64,000 nt of DNA from Lysobacterales bacterium (GCA_031362985.1 JANLTO010000017.1:15947-79946); one strand, 5' to 3'. Shown: positions 39,839 through 49,890, counted from the stretch's first letter. The notes: generated from the letters alone by a model not told the origin. Made by a program: numbers and translations.

Positions 39839-41293
39839 ATGAAAGATGAAGTGATAAAAAGACGGCACGACGATTTTGCCTTTCTGGATCGCGCTCGCAG
39901 CGACCCGGACGTCTACCCTCTGGAAATCCGCCGCAGTGAATTTCGCGAAATTTACAAACCATTTGCGGCCGAGGAAGCGGCTGACCAGGGCGAGCGTTGC
40001 CTGGATTGCGGTAACCCGTATTGCGAGTGGAAGTGCCCGGTGCACAACTACATTCCCGACTGGCTGAAACTGGCATCCGAAGGCCGCATCCTGGAAGCCG
40101 CATCCCTGTGCCACGAAACCAACAGCCTGCCGGAAGTTTGTGGCCGTATCTGCCCACACGACCGCTTGTGTGAACAAGCCTGCACCCTGCAAACCGGGTT
40201 TGGCGCCGTAACCATTGGCGCGATGGAGCGCTACATCGTTGATGAAGCCTTCAGACTGGGCTGGCGGCCTGACCTCTCACGGGTTCGGCCCACACCCTGG
40301 AGCGTGGGTGTGGTTGGCGCCGGCCCGGCCGGGCTATCGTGCGCTGATGTTTTGTCGCGCAATGGTATCAGCGTGACGGTGTACGACCGCTATCCCGAGA
40401 TTGGCGGCCTGTTGAGTTTCGGCATCCCGGATTTCAAGCTGGAGCTCAAGGTCATACGCACGCGACGGGAAGTGCTGGAAGATGCAGGTATCCGCTTTCG
40501 CCTGAACTGCGAAATCGGGCGCGATATAAAAGCGCACGAATTACTGGGGATGCACGATGCATTGTTTTTGGGCACCGGCACGTATACTCCGGTGGAAGCG
40601 CAGCTGCCCGGCATGGAGAACGGTGGTATCGTTCCCGCCCTGCCATTCCTGATTGGCCAGACCGGGCATTTGTACAACCTGGACTTGCCGGACTACCCCC
40701 ACATCAGCCTGGCAGGTCAACGTGTACTGGTGCTGGGTGGTGGCGATACCGCCATGGACTGTGTGCGTACGGCGATTCGGCAAGGCGCTCAGTCCGTGCA
40801 CTGCATTTATCGTCGTGATCGCGAGAACATGCCAGGCTCGCAGCGGGAAGTAGACCATGCGATGAAAGAAGGGGTGCAGTTTGCCTTTAACACCCTGCCA
40901 CTTGGCCTCGTGCACGCGAACCGGTTATTGAGCGGGCTGCGCATTGCCCGTACCCGGCTGGTGCAAGACGCCAATGACAGTGGACGACCCCGCCCTGAGT
41001 TGATCGAAGGCAGCGAGCAAGTCCTGCCGGCCGATGCGGTTATTTTCGCTTTCGGCTATCGCCCCAGCCCACCCGACTGGCTACAGCATTTATCCGTTAC
41101 AACCCACACCGGTGGCCTGGTGCAGACCGGCCCGCAACTGTCCGGCCAAACCTCCAATCCGCTAATTTTTGCGGCCGGCGACATGGTACGCGGCTCCGAC
41201 CTGGTGGTCACCGCCATTGCCGACGCCCGCGCGGCGGCCAAATCCATCATCCAGCACCTGCAGATGCAACAGCCACAACTGCGGCGGGCTTGA
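39839..41293 (+). CDS. gltD: Glutamate synthase (NADPH) small subunit
   Basis: 484 aa. N-terminal Fe-S motif RCLDCGNPYCEWKCPVHNYIPDW...CGRICPHDRLCEQAC. Motifs VGVVGAGPAGLSCA and VLVLGGGDTAMDC. Confidence 0.95.
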   Translation: MKDEVIKRRHDDFAFLDRARSDPDVYPLEIRRSEFREIYKPFAAEEAADQGERCLDCGNPYCEWKCPVHNYIPDWLKLASEGRILEAASLCHETNSLPEVCGRICPHDRLCEQACTLQTGFGAVTIGAMERYIVDEAFRLGWRPDLSRVRPTPWSVGVVGAGPAGLSCADVLSRNGISVTVYDRYPEIGGLLSFGIPDFKLELKVIRTRREVLEDAGIRFRLNCEIGRDIKAHELLGMHDALFLGTGTYTPVEAQLPGMENGGIVPALPFLIGQTGHLYNLDLPDYPHISLAGQRVLVLGGGDTAMDCVRTAIRQGAQSVHCIYRRDRENMPGSQREVDHAMKEGVQFAFNTLPLGLVHANRLLSGLRIARTRLVQDANDSGRPRPELIEGSEQVLPADAVIFAFGYRPSPPDWLQHLSVTTHTGGLVQTGPQLSGQTSNPLIFAAGDMVRGSDLVVTAIADARAAAKSIIQHLQMQQPQLRRA

Positions 41294-41363
41294 TAAAACC
41301 TGTGTGCCACCGCGAGGTGTTAGAATAAGGCCGCTTTCTCATTGACCCTTCTTTAGTTGACCC

Positions 41364-41780
41364 ATGATGATCAAGATTACCGAAACACTCTCCTTGCAGG
41401 ATGATGAAGTGCACCTGAGCGCCATTCGCGCACAGGGTGCCGGTGGCCAGAACGTCAACAAGGTTTCAAGCGCTGTGCATTTACGCTTTGACATTCCCGC
41501 GTCCTCCCTGCCGGAAATCTGCAAGCAGCGCTTGTTGGCCATGCCGGACCGCCGCGTCAATGACCAGGGCATCATGGTTATCAAGGCTCAGCGATTCCGT
41601 ACCCTGGAGCAAAACACCAATGATGCCCTGGCGCGGCTTCGAGTGTTAATTCAGCAGTCCCTGGTTGAGCCCAGGAATCGAATTGCCACTCGCCCCAGCC
41701 GTTCTTCCACGGAACGCCGCCTGGATGGAAAGGTAAGGCGCGGTCGCCTGAAACTTTTGCGCAGCAATTTGCCGGAATAA
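41364..41780 (+). CDS. arfB: Alternative ribosome-rescue factor / peptidyl-tRNA hydrolase ArfB (YaeJ)
   Basis: 138 aa. GGQ motif in AQGAGGQNVNKVSSAVHLRFDI and a basic C-terminal tail. Confidence 0.9.
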   Translation: MMIKITETLSLQDDEVHLSAIRAQGAGGQNVNKVSSAVHLRFDIPASSLPEICKQRLLAMPDRRVNDQGIMVIKAQRFRTLEQNTNDALARLRVLIQQSLVEPRNRIATRPSRSSTERRLDGKVRRGRLKLLRSNLPE

Positions 41781-41811
41781 CACCGGTTCATTTGCACTGA
41801 TGTTCTGACAC

Positions 41812-41838
41812 GAACTATAATAGTTCCAATTACAATTG
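41812..41838. promoter_or_regulatory. Two adjacent short palindromes, candidate MarR autoregulatory operator overlapping a TATAAT box
   Basis: GAACTA-TAA-TAGTTC (41812-41826) followed directly by CAATT-AC-AATTG (41827-41838). Lies 24 nt upstream of the MarR ATG at 41862. Confidence 0.4.
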
Positions 41839-41861
41839 ATGCTTTTCAGGAGACTCATTTA

Positions 41862-42314
41862 ATGGCCCGAATTACTACCCGCAGCGCACAACAGCAGGAT
41901 TTCATCGTACTAGCGAATGAGTTGGCGCGGGCCCATCATCGATTTTCACTTTTCGACGCGGAAATCCATCGTCTGTCCGGCTCCGGGCTTACTGCCCCAC
42001 AAGCCAAAGTTCTTTTTTGCCTGGGCAATACGGATGGGCTGACCTGCAGTGAAATCACCGACGTAACACTGATTACCAAGGGAACCCTGACCGGCGTCAT
42101 TGATCGTTTGGAAGAAAAAGGACTGGTGAAGCGCTGGGGCGATGCCGATGATGGCCGCATCATCATCGTGGCTTTGACCCGCGCCGGCGACCGACTGTTT
42201 AAACGGGAGTATCCGCGCTACCTCGAAAAGCTGAAAACGCAATTCGACGGGATCAGCGCCCGGGACCGCGAACAGGCCAGCAGGCAGCTGGAACAGATCG
42301 CCGGTCTGTTTTAA
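41862..42314 (+). CDS. MarR family transcriptional regulator
   Basis: 150 aa. LTAPQAKVLFCLGNTDGLTCSEITDVTLITKGTLTGVIDRLEEKGLVKR...DDGRIIIVALTRAGDRL. Confidence 0.85.
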   Translation: MARITTRSAQQQDFIVLANELARAHHRFSLFDAEIHRLSGSGLTAPQAKVLFCLGNTDGLTCSEITDVTLITKGTLTGVIDRLEEKGLVKRWGDADDGRIIIVALTRAGDRLFKREYPRYLEKLKTQFDGISARDREQASRQLEQIAGLF

Positions 42315-42428
42315 GGCGGCATGCCCGGCGGGGGTGCTCGTGCACCCCGCGTTAGGCTAGTCCGGCTTACCCTGGAACCGCGTCTAAAGGCTATTATTCC
42401 GCTAAATCAATCAAGCGCCGGGTGTTGG

Positions 42429-42926
42429 ATGGACTGGATGATATTGTGGTGGGTGGTTGCGACCCTGTTGGTCACTGCCGGATTGGCTGGCACCGTGATC
42501 CCCGCACTGCCCGGCGTGCCCCTGGTTATGGCCGGCCTTTTTGTCGGCGCGTGGATCAACCATTTTGCGATCGTCGGCTGGGTGACGCTGGGTATTCTTG
42601 CCTTGCTGACAGTGTTTGCCCAGGTGGTGGACTTCCTCGCCAGCGCATTCGGTGTTCGTTATAGCGGCGCCGGTGTGCGCGCTTTCTGGGGCGCCACCCT
42701 GGGCGCGATTGTGGGGATTTTTTTTGGGATCCCGGGCCTGGTATTGGGCCCGTTCGCTGGCGCCGTCGTGGGTGAACTCAGCAGTGGTTCGGGTTGGCGT
42801 CAGTCCAGCCGGGCCGGGCTGGGAGCCTGGCTGGGTATGCTGTTTGCCACCGCTATCAAACTCGCCATTGCTTTTTTGATGATAGGGATCTTCATCATTC
42901 AACTCGGCTGGGGGCAGTCGGGTTGA
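42429..42926 (+). CDS. DUF456 family membrane protein
   Basis: Track ORF from 42321; ATG 42429 (MDWMILWWVVATLL). GLAGTVIPALPGVPLVMAGL...FWGATLGAIVGIFFGIPGLVLGPFAGAVVGEL is typical of DUF456. Confidence 0.7.
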   Translation: MDWMILWWVVATLLVTAGLAGTVIPALPGVPLVMAGLFVGAWINHFAIVGWVTLGILALLTVFAQVVDFLASAFGVRYSGAGVRAFWGATLGAIVGIFFGIPGLVLGPFAGAVVGELSSGSGWRQSSRAGLGAWLGMLFATAIKLAIAFLMIGIFIIQLGWGQSG

Positions 42927-42981
42927 CCTGGGCTGCTTTCTTCGGCTGCCTTTAGTTCATCGCCCTAAGTGCATGACCTTT

Positions 42982-44289
42982 TTAGCACCCCCGATACACA
43001 GTCGTTCCTTCTAATAAGAACGTTTGTAATGAACTAAATTCACCGGATATCGTACTGGATAGAATTTTCTTATTACGCACTGCTTCTAATTCAGGAGGTA
43101 ACGCAACGTCTATACCAAGTGTTTCCTCGATCACTTCCTTGAACTTGGCAGGGTGCGCGGTGCACAGGAACATTCCCTCTTCATCGCCGGCCAGAGACTG
43201 CTGCAGGGCCGCCCAGGCCAGGGCGCTATGCGGATCCGCCAGGTAGCCGTTTTGCCACAAAGCACGCATGGCGGCGCGGGTCTGTGCGTCATCCAAGGCT
43301 ACTGAGTGCAGTAAGACTTGCAGGTCCAGTCGATGACGGCTGGACAGCTCCAGCACCCGGGGAAAGTTATTCGGTAGTGACACATCCATCGCATTGGTGA
43401 TGGTTGCCACTGTGGCGTGGGGATCCCATTGGCCGCTGGCGAGAAAACGCGGCACCGTGTCGTTGGCATTGGTGGCAGCAATGATGCGGCGATAAGGCAG
43501 GCCAATAGTGCGGGCGATCAGGCCGGCGGTGACGTTGCCAAAATTACCACTGGGAACGCTGAGCACCAGTTTATCTACCGCGTGCGCCTGCGCCGCTGCT
43601 TCAAAGTAGTAGCATACCTGCGCCAGCAGGCGGGCGATGTTGATGGAATTGGCCGAGTTCAGGCCGAATGAGCGAACCAGCGATGGGGTATCAAAAGCTT
43701 GCTTCACCAGGCGCTGGCAGGTGTCGAAATCAGCCTCTATCGCCACAGTGCGCACATTGCCGCCCAGCGCACAAAACAGCTTTTCCTGCAGTGTCGAAAT
43801 CCGGCCCTTGGGGTAGAGCACTACCACCTCAATGCCCGGCTGGCCGTAATAGGCGTGTGCCACGGCCGCGCCGGTATCGCCGGAGGTGGCGGTGAGTATG
43901 GTCATGGGTCCGCCGTCGTGGAACTCAGCCAGGCAGCGGGCCATGAAACGTGCGCCAAAATCCTTGAATGCCAGCGAGGGGCCGTGAAACAGCTCCAGCG
44001 CACCTATGGAATACTCACCCACCGGCTCTACGCGCGCTGTCCTGACGGGAAAATTGAACGCGGATTCCACCATGCGCTGCATGACGGGCAGCGCTATTTC
44101 GCCCTGGGTAAGGTGCTGCAAAATGGCTACGCTGCGGGGCACGAACCCGAGGCCAAGCAGACCCGGCACGTCGGGCAAAACATCAAAATTCCGGGGGAAA
44201 TACAGTCCTTGCTGGCTCCCGAGGCCGGTCAAAACCGCCTGGCGAAAACTCGCCTGCTCTGTCGGGACCTTGATATTGATCAGTTCCAA
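42982..44289 (-). CDS. thrC: Threonine synthase
   Basis: 435 aa. N-terminus MELINIKVPTEQASFRQAVLTGLGSQQGLYFP parallels E. coli ThrC. PLP lysine context FHGPSLAFKDFG. Confidence 0.95.
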   Translation of the reverse strand: MELINIKVPTEQASFRQAVLTGLGSQQGLYFPRNFDVLPDVPGLLGLGFVPRSVAILQHLTQGEIALPVMQRMVESAFNFPVRTARVEPVGEYSIGALELFHGPSLAFKDFGARFMARCLAEFHDGGPMTILTATSGDTGAAVAHAYYGQPGIEVVVLYPKGRISTLQEKLFCALGGNVRTVAIEADFDTCQRLVKQAFDTPSLVRSFGLNSANSINIARLLAQVCYYFEAAAQAHAVDKLVLSVPSGNFGNVTAGLIARTIGLPYRRIIAATNANDTVPRFLASGQWDPHATVATITNAMDVSLPNNFPRVLELSSRHRLDLQVLLHSVALDDAQTRAAMRALWQNGYLADPHSALAWAALQQSLAGDEEGMFLCTAHPAKFKEVIEETLGIDVALPPELEAVRNKKILSSTISGEFSSLQTFLLEGTTVYRGC

Positions 44290-44307
44290 GATTCCTCCAC
44301 ACCCCTG

Positions 44308-45306
44308 TCAGTAACCGGCGCTAAGGCTGCGGGCGCCACCCAGGTCAGCACGGCAGATGTGGGCAAAACCGCTATCGTCCTGCTGGTAATGTTCCTCCAT
44401 CCAGCTGCGCAGCTGTTGCGCTACATCGGGCTTATCCGCCAGGGCAAAAACCGTTGGCCCAGAGCCGGAAATGCCAACGGCCAAGGCTCCCAGTGCCTTT
44501 AGCGCTTCGCGCGCCCGCTCAAACCCCGGCAACAGGCTGCGGCGCCAGGGCTCGGCAATCAGGTCCACCATCGAGGCGGCTGCCAGTTCGGTCTTGCCGG
44601 TGTAGAGGGCATACACGAATTGTGCAAACTGCGCGCCGTGATGCACCGCAGTTGCGCGCGGCAGTTGGCCCGGCAGCACGGCGCGGGCATCGCGTGTGTT
44701 TAATTCGGTACCCGGCCAACACACCACGGCCTGCCAGCGGACGGGCCAGGGCAGTGCGTACTCCGACTCATTACCGGGGGGACACAGGCGCAAGCCGCCA
44801 TAGCGGCAGGGAGCGATATTATCGAGATGGATTTCACCGCTGATGCCTCCTTCAACTTCAGCCATCAGGCGAAACAGTTCGCGCGAGCTGAGTGGGTTGT
44901 CGTGCCAGCGGTTAAGCACTTCCAGCGCTGCGACCACAGAACTCGCGCTGGAACCAAGACCGCTGCCGATGGGCAGACGCTTTTCCAGCACGATTTCCAT
45001 TGGCGCTACCGCGATACCACGCTGCGCCAGGACCCGCTGATACAGGCGGCAGCACTGCAGCACAATGTTTTTTTCCACGTCCTCGGGTAGCTTGTGCGCA
45101 AAGGGCCCGGTGGCGCTCAGCTTCCATTCCCGGGTCGAACCCGGTACCAGCTGCACGATGTCGCCCAACAAGGTGCCGTCCACGGGTGCCAGCGCCAGAC
45201 CGAGTGCATCAAAGCCCACCGAAACGTTGCCTATTGAAGCGGGCGCGAATACCGCCAGCGACTGACGATGCAAGCCGGGTTCGCGACTATTGGATTCCGG
45301 ACTCAT
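44308..45306 (-). CDS. thrB: Homoserine kinase
   Basis: Track ORF to 45330; ATG 45306 makes an ATGA overlap with the thrA stop. GHMP kinase motif PIGSGLGSSASS. N-terminal FAPASIGNVSVGFDALG. Confidence 0.93.
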   Translation of the reverse strand: MSPESNSREPGLHRQSLAVFAPASIGNVSVGFDALGLALAPVDGTLLGDIVQLVPGSTREWKLSATGPFAHKLPEDVEKNIVLQCCRLYQRVLAQRGIAVAPMEIVLEKRLPIGSGLGSSASSVVAALEVLNRWHDNPLSSRELFRLMAEVEGGISGEIHLDNIAPCRYGGLRLCPPGNESEYALPWPVRWQAVVCWPGTELNTRDARAVLPGQLPRATAVHHGAQFAQFVYALYTGKTELAAASMVDLIAEPWRRSLLPGFERAREALKALGALAVGISGSGPTVFALADKPDVAQQLRSWMEEHYQQDDSGFAHICRADLGGARSLSAGY

Positions 45307-47777
45307 GCACGCTGGTCCAGCGGTTGCCACACCGTGCGCAACAGGTCAGCGAATACCCCGGCCGCAGTCACCTGCGCACCCGCACCGTAACCACGCAGCA
45401 CCATGGGTATAGGCTGGTAGTAGCGGGTGTGTAATACCAATGCATTTTCACCGTCGCGCACAGCGCCCAGCGGCTTGTCTTTGGGTACCGCCTCAACAGA
45501 TACCCGGCACCTACCCTCAGCAATTCGACCAACATAACGCAACACCTGGCCCGCAGCCGCAGCCTTCCTGACGCGTTCTGCGATGCTTGCATCCAGGCCT
45601 TTGAGCGCTGCTATCAGCTCTGACTTATCGACCTCGGCAATTTCCGCCATGGGCACAGCGGGTTCAACGTCCACGTCACCGAGTTCAAGCTCCAAGCCAA
45701 CCTCGCGAGCGACAATCAGCAGCTTGCGCGCCACGTCCATGCCCGAGAGGTCATCGCGCGGATCCGGTTCGGTGTATCCGAGTTCCATGGCTTTACCGAC
45801 GGCTGCCGACATGGGCATACCATCTTCCAGCAAGCCAAAAATCATGGACAGCGATCCGGACAGGATGCCATCAAACGACTTGAGTTCATCCCCGGAACGA
45901 ATCAGCGCCTGCAGGGTATCGATCACCGGCAGGCCGGCCCCCACGTTAGTCTCGTACAGAAATTTGCGGAAGTTACGGCCCGCCGCCAAACGCATGGCGC
46001 GGTAGTACTCCAGAGATGCGGTATTGGCTTTCTTGTTGGCCGCGACCACGTTAAAACCATTTTCCAGGAAACGCACGTATTCCCCAGCCAGCGCAGCATT
46101 GGTGCTGCAATCGACCACCGTGGAATTGAGCAGGCCCAGGCGCTCGCGAATCGCGATGACGTCGTCAATGGTCCAGGCCTTGCCCTCCTTATCCAGCAGT
46201 TCGGCCCATTGATCCAGATCTACCACATTATCGGCAACGTACAGCTTGCGACTGTTGGCAATGGCCCGCACTCTCAGTTCGGTGCCGTGTTTCAACAGGC
46301 TGGTGGCCTGACGCTGGAACTGGCGCAGCAACTCCCCGCCCACATTGCCGCAACCGAGCAGGACCACGTCAACATGGGCTGTGTGGCTGAAAAACGCGGT
46401 ATGGCAGGCGCGCGTGGCAGATTGCGCATCCTCACTTTTTACCACCACCGCGATGGCGCATTCAGTGGAACCCTGGGCAATGACTTCCACGTTCACGCCG
46501 GCGGAGGAAATAGCCATCAGGAAGCGGGCCGCAATGCCCCGGTAATGCTTCATGCCTTCGCCCACCAGCGAGATAACTGCACGTCTGTCCTGCACCGTTA
46601 TTTCGCCGATGAGGCTGTGCAGCCGTTCAAAATGAAACTCCTCTTCCAGCGCCTTGCGGGCATTCTCCGCATCCGCCTGGCGCACACACAAGGTGATGCT
46701 GTATTCGGAAGAAGACTGCACAATCAACAGGATGGAAATCGACTGGCTGGCCAGCGCGTCCATGACCCGCCGTGCGATGCCGATGCGGCCACGCAAACCG
46801 CCACCCTGCAGGGTGATGGAGGCGATGTTGTCGAGGTGGGAAATGCCACGCACCACATGGCTGCGTTGCGCATCGCGGTGAATGAGCGTGCCAGGCGCTG
46901 CAGGTTCGTAGGTATTGCGGATTTCGCACAGAATGTTATTGGCCGCCAGCGGCGTCAAAGCCTTGGCTGAAATAACCTTGGCGCCAAAATAGCTCAACTC
47001 CATGGCTTCTTCGTAACTCACTTCATCCAGGCACCGGGCATTGGACACGATGCGCGGGTCCGCCGTGAAAAACCCGTCCACGTCTTTCCAGATCTGGCAA
47101 CGTCCGGCGCCAACCGCAGCAGCGATGGCGGCGGCAGAATAATCGGTACCGTTGCGGCCCAGCAACTGGATCTCGCCGCCGGCATTGCAGCCGTAGAATC
47201 CCGGCAGCACCAATACCTTGATGTCTTTGGTCAGGCGCTTTTTCAACAGAGGCGCAGCGGCCTCGATGTCCACCAAGGAATCCAGCCAATTGTCGTTGGC
47301 CAGAGGCAATACATCGGCGTCCGACCAGGCGGCAGCCACACCCCGATGCTGCAGGTAGTCCGCCATCAGGCGGCTGCAAAATCCTTCGCCGGTCGCCAGC
47401 ACCCGCGCTCGGATCCGGTCCGGACACTGGCCCAGCATGCGCACGCCTTCGATGCGCTGCGCCAGCAGTTGGGTTTGTTCTTGCAGGAATGCGCTACCCA
47501 GCGGAGTTGCAATGCCGTCTGCGGTCATGGCTGCAATGATGTCGCGTTCGCGCTTGAGCGCTTCGTCCATTTCCGCCTGAGCGCTCTCGCCCTGCACCGC
47601 CTTGTCGATGGCGGCAACCAGCAGGTCCGTTACGCTTTTGACTGCAGACAGAACCACGATGACCTGGCCATCCCCGCCGTATTGCTCAATGACATCAGCG
47701 CTGGCGCGAAACCCGGCGTAATCCGCCAGCGAGGTGCCGCCAAATTTCTGCACCACCAATGAAGTGCTGATGCTCAC
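45303..47777 (-). CDS. thrA: Bifunctional aspartokinase I / homoserine dehydrogenase I
   Basis: 824 aa. N-terminal VVQKFGGTSLAD, ACT domains, C-terminal homoserine dehydrogenase. The GTG start overlaps the asnB stop (GTGA). Confidence 0.96.
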   Translation of the reverse strand: MSISTSLVVQKFGGTSLADYAGFRASADVIEQYGGDGQVIVVLSAVKSVTDLLVAAIDKAVQGESAQAEMDEALKRERDIIAAMTADGIATPLGSAFLQEQTQLLAQRIEGVRMLGQCPDRIRARVLATGEGFCSRLMADYLQHRGVAAAWSDADVLPLANDNWLDSLVDIEAAAPLLKKRLTKDIKVLVLPGFYGCNAGGEIQLLGRNGTDYSAAAIAAAVGAGRCQIWKDVDGFFTADPRIVSNARCLDEVSYEEAMELSYFGAKVISAKALTPLAANNILCEIRNTYEPAAPGTLIHRDAQRSHVVRGISHLDNIASITLQGGGLRGRIGIARRVMDALASQSISILLIVQSSSEYSITLCVRQADAENARKALEEEFHFERLHSLIGEITVQDRRAVISLVGEGMKHYRGIAARFLMAISSAGVNVEVIAQGSTECAIAVVVKSEDAQSATRACHTAFFSHTAHVDVVLLGCGNVGGELLRQFQRQATSLLKHGTELRVRAIANSRKLYVADNVVDLDQWAELLDKEGKAWTIDDVIAIRERLGLLNSTVVDCSTNAALAGEYVRFLENGFNVVAANKKANTASLEYYRAMRLAAGRNFRKFLYETNVGAGLPVIDTLQALIRSGDELKSFDGILSGSLSMIFGLLEDGMPMSAAVGKAMELGYTEPDPRDDLSGMDVARKLLIVAREVGLELELGDVDVEPAVPMAEIAEVDKSELIAALKGLDASIAERVRKAAAAGQVLRYVGRIAEGRCRVSVEAVPKDKPLGAVRDGENALVLHTRYYQPIPMVLRGYGAGAQVTAAGVFADLLRTVWQPLDQRA

Positions 47778-49468
47778 GGCTTGTGCTCCCCGACACTGGG
47801 CCTGGCATAGGCATCAACGTGGACGGAGCGCATGGCGCGTCCCGACGGATCATTCATTTCCGCCAGGGATTTATCCCACAGGATGGCTTCCGGCGTGCTG
47901 CACGCCACGGTGGGGCCGCCAGGCACGGTTTGGGCTGCCGAGGCCAGCGGGAAATGCTGCTCGAAAATGCTGCGGAAGTAATACGCTTCCTTGGACACTG
48001 GCGTATTGAACGGGAAGCGCCCGGCTGCGCGGCTCATTTCGGCATCGCTGACCTGCTTGCCCGCGTGCTCCTTCACGGCGTCGATCCAGCCATAACCCAC
48101 GCCGTCGGAAAACTGCTCTTTCTGCCGCCAGGCAATCTCTGCCGGCAGCAGATGCTCAAATGCTTCCCGCAGGATCTGCTTTTCGATCTTGCCAGCCGTT
48201 ATCATCTTGTCGGCCGGGTTGATGCTCATGGCGACATCGAGGAAGCGGGTATCGAGAAACGGCACGCGCGCCTCCACGCCCCAGGCCGCCATGGCCTTGT
48301 TGGCGCGCAGGCAATCATAGCTGTGCAGGCGTGAGAGTTTGCGCACGGTTTCTTCGTGGAACGCCTGGGGGTTTGGCGCTTTGTGGAAATACAGGTAGCC
48401 ACCGAAAATTTCGTCCGCGCCTTCGCCGGAGAGCACCATCTTGATGCCCATGGCGTGAATTTTACGCGCCATCAGGTACATCGGGGTCGCTGCGCGTATG
48501 CTGGTGACGTCATAGGTCTCGAGGTGGTAGATCACCTCGTCCAGCGCATCAAGACCCTCCTGGATGGTAAAGGTAAAACCGTGGTGCACGGTGCCGATGT
48601 GGTCGGCTGCCTTGCGCGCAGCCTTGAGGTCGGGCGAGCCTTCCAGGCCAATGGCAAAAGAGTGCAAACGTGGCCACCAGGCCGGGCTTTGCTCGTCATC
48701 TTCCACGCGCATGGCGGCATGACGCGCAGCGAGTGCAGCGGTGATGGATGAATCCAGCCCGCCGGAGAGCAATACACCATAGGGAACGTCCGTCATCAGG
48801 TGACTGATGACCGAGTCCTCCAGCGCAGCGCGCAAAGCGGCCCGGTCGGTGACGGCGTGTGCAACGTTTTCGTAGTGCTCCCAGTTACGCTGGTACCAGC
48901 GCTGTGGCTCGGCCTGGCCGCTGGTCCAGTAATGGCCTGGCGGAAATTCGTGCACCTGGTTGCACACATCCATCAAGGCCTTCATCTCGGATGCGACGAA
49001 CAACTGGCCGTGCTGATCGTGGCCGTAGTACAGCGGCATGATGCCGATGGGGTCGCGGGCCATCATCCACACATCGGCAGTTTCGTCGTACAACACAAAG
49101 GCGAACATGCCGCGCAACTGGTCGAGGAAGTGGGCGCCGTGCTTGAGGTAAAGCGGCAGGATGACTTCACAATCGGACTCGGTGCGAAAAGCATAGGAGT
49201 CTTGCAGCGCGTGGCGAATTTCCTGGTGATTGTAGATCTCGCCATTGACTGCCAGGGCTTGCTTGCCATCCGGGCTGAGCAAAGGCTGGGCGCCGGTATT
49301 GACGTCCACTATGGCCAGTCGTTCGTGCGCCAGCACGGCCCGTGGGGCAGTGTAACTGCCACTCCAGTCGGGACCGCGGTGCCGCAGCAAGCGGGACTGT
49401 TGCAGAGCCATTTTACGGACGGTTGATACGTCCTGGCGTAGCTCTAACACGCCGAATATCGCGCACAT
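47774..49468 (-). CDS. asnB: Asparagine synthase (glutamine-hydrolysing)
   Basis: 564 aa. N-terminal nucleophile MCAIFGVL and PP-loop LLSGGLDSS. Confidence 0.95.
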   Translation of the reverse strand: MCAIFGVLELRQDVSTVRKMALQQSRLLRHRGPDWSGSYTAPRAVLAHERLAIVDVNTGAQPLLSPDGKQALAVNGEIYNHQEIRHALQDSYAFRTESDCEVILPLYLKHGAHFLDQLRGMFAFVLYDETADVWMMARDPIGIMPLYYGHDQHGQLFVASEMKALMDVCNQVHEFPPGHYWTSGQAEPQRWYQRNWEHYENVAHAVTDRAALRAALEDSVISHLMTDVPYGVLLSGGLDSSITAALAARHAAMRVEDDEQSPAWWPRLHSFAIGLEGSPDLKAARKAADHIGTVHHGFTFTIQEGLDALDEVIYHLETYDVTSIRAATPMYLMARKIHAMGIKMVLSGEGADEIFGGYLYFHKAPNPQAFHEETVRKLSRLHSYDCLRANKAMAAWGVEARVPFLDTRFLDVAMSINPADKMITAGKIEKQILREAFEHLLPAEIAWRQKEQFSDGVGYGWIDAVKEHAGKQVSDAEMSRAAGRFPFNTPVSKEAYYFRSIFEQHFPLASAAQTVPGGPTVACSTPEAILWDKSLAEMNDPSGRAMRSVHVDAYARPSVGEHKP

Positions 49469-49854
49469 GGGGCGTCCTCGTTCAGTAGTCGGGTTATCAG
49501 GGAGGCAGGTTCTCTTTGGAGCCTATACTTGGTAGTGCCTCTACATCACTTCGGATGGTCCTTTACGCACGCGGAAAAAACCAACCCGAACCGGCAATAC
49601 TAAGGGCTTACGAGCAACGAGCCAAGCACCAGAATCATGTCCATCGGAAATCGGGGCCGTTTCCGGACCAAGGGACAGTCCAAATCACACAGCTGCCGAA
49701 TGAGCCCAGTGACAGCGCTCGCTCCCTATTGACCACTTCCGGCAACCCGGCGTAGCATGATTTCGTCGAATCCACCGGCCGGTTGCGGCTCAGGATCAGG
49801 GCCATCGGTGAGGGCCGGCGTACCAAGCCCGATTTCCCGGGCCACCGCGAAATT

Positions 49855-49890
49855 CCACGGAAACTCCGAATAAATCAGAGCTTCCCTGGG
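49855..49890. repeat. 35-bp palindromic element family, copy f
   Basis: CCACGGAAACTCCGAATAAATCAGAGCTTCCCTGGG, in the divergent asnB / DUF3617 intergenic region, 70 nt upstream of 49960. Confidence 0.85.
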
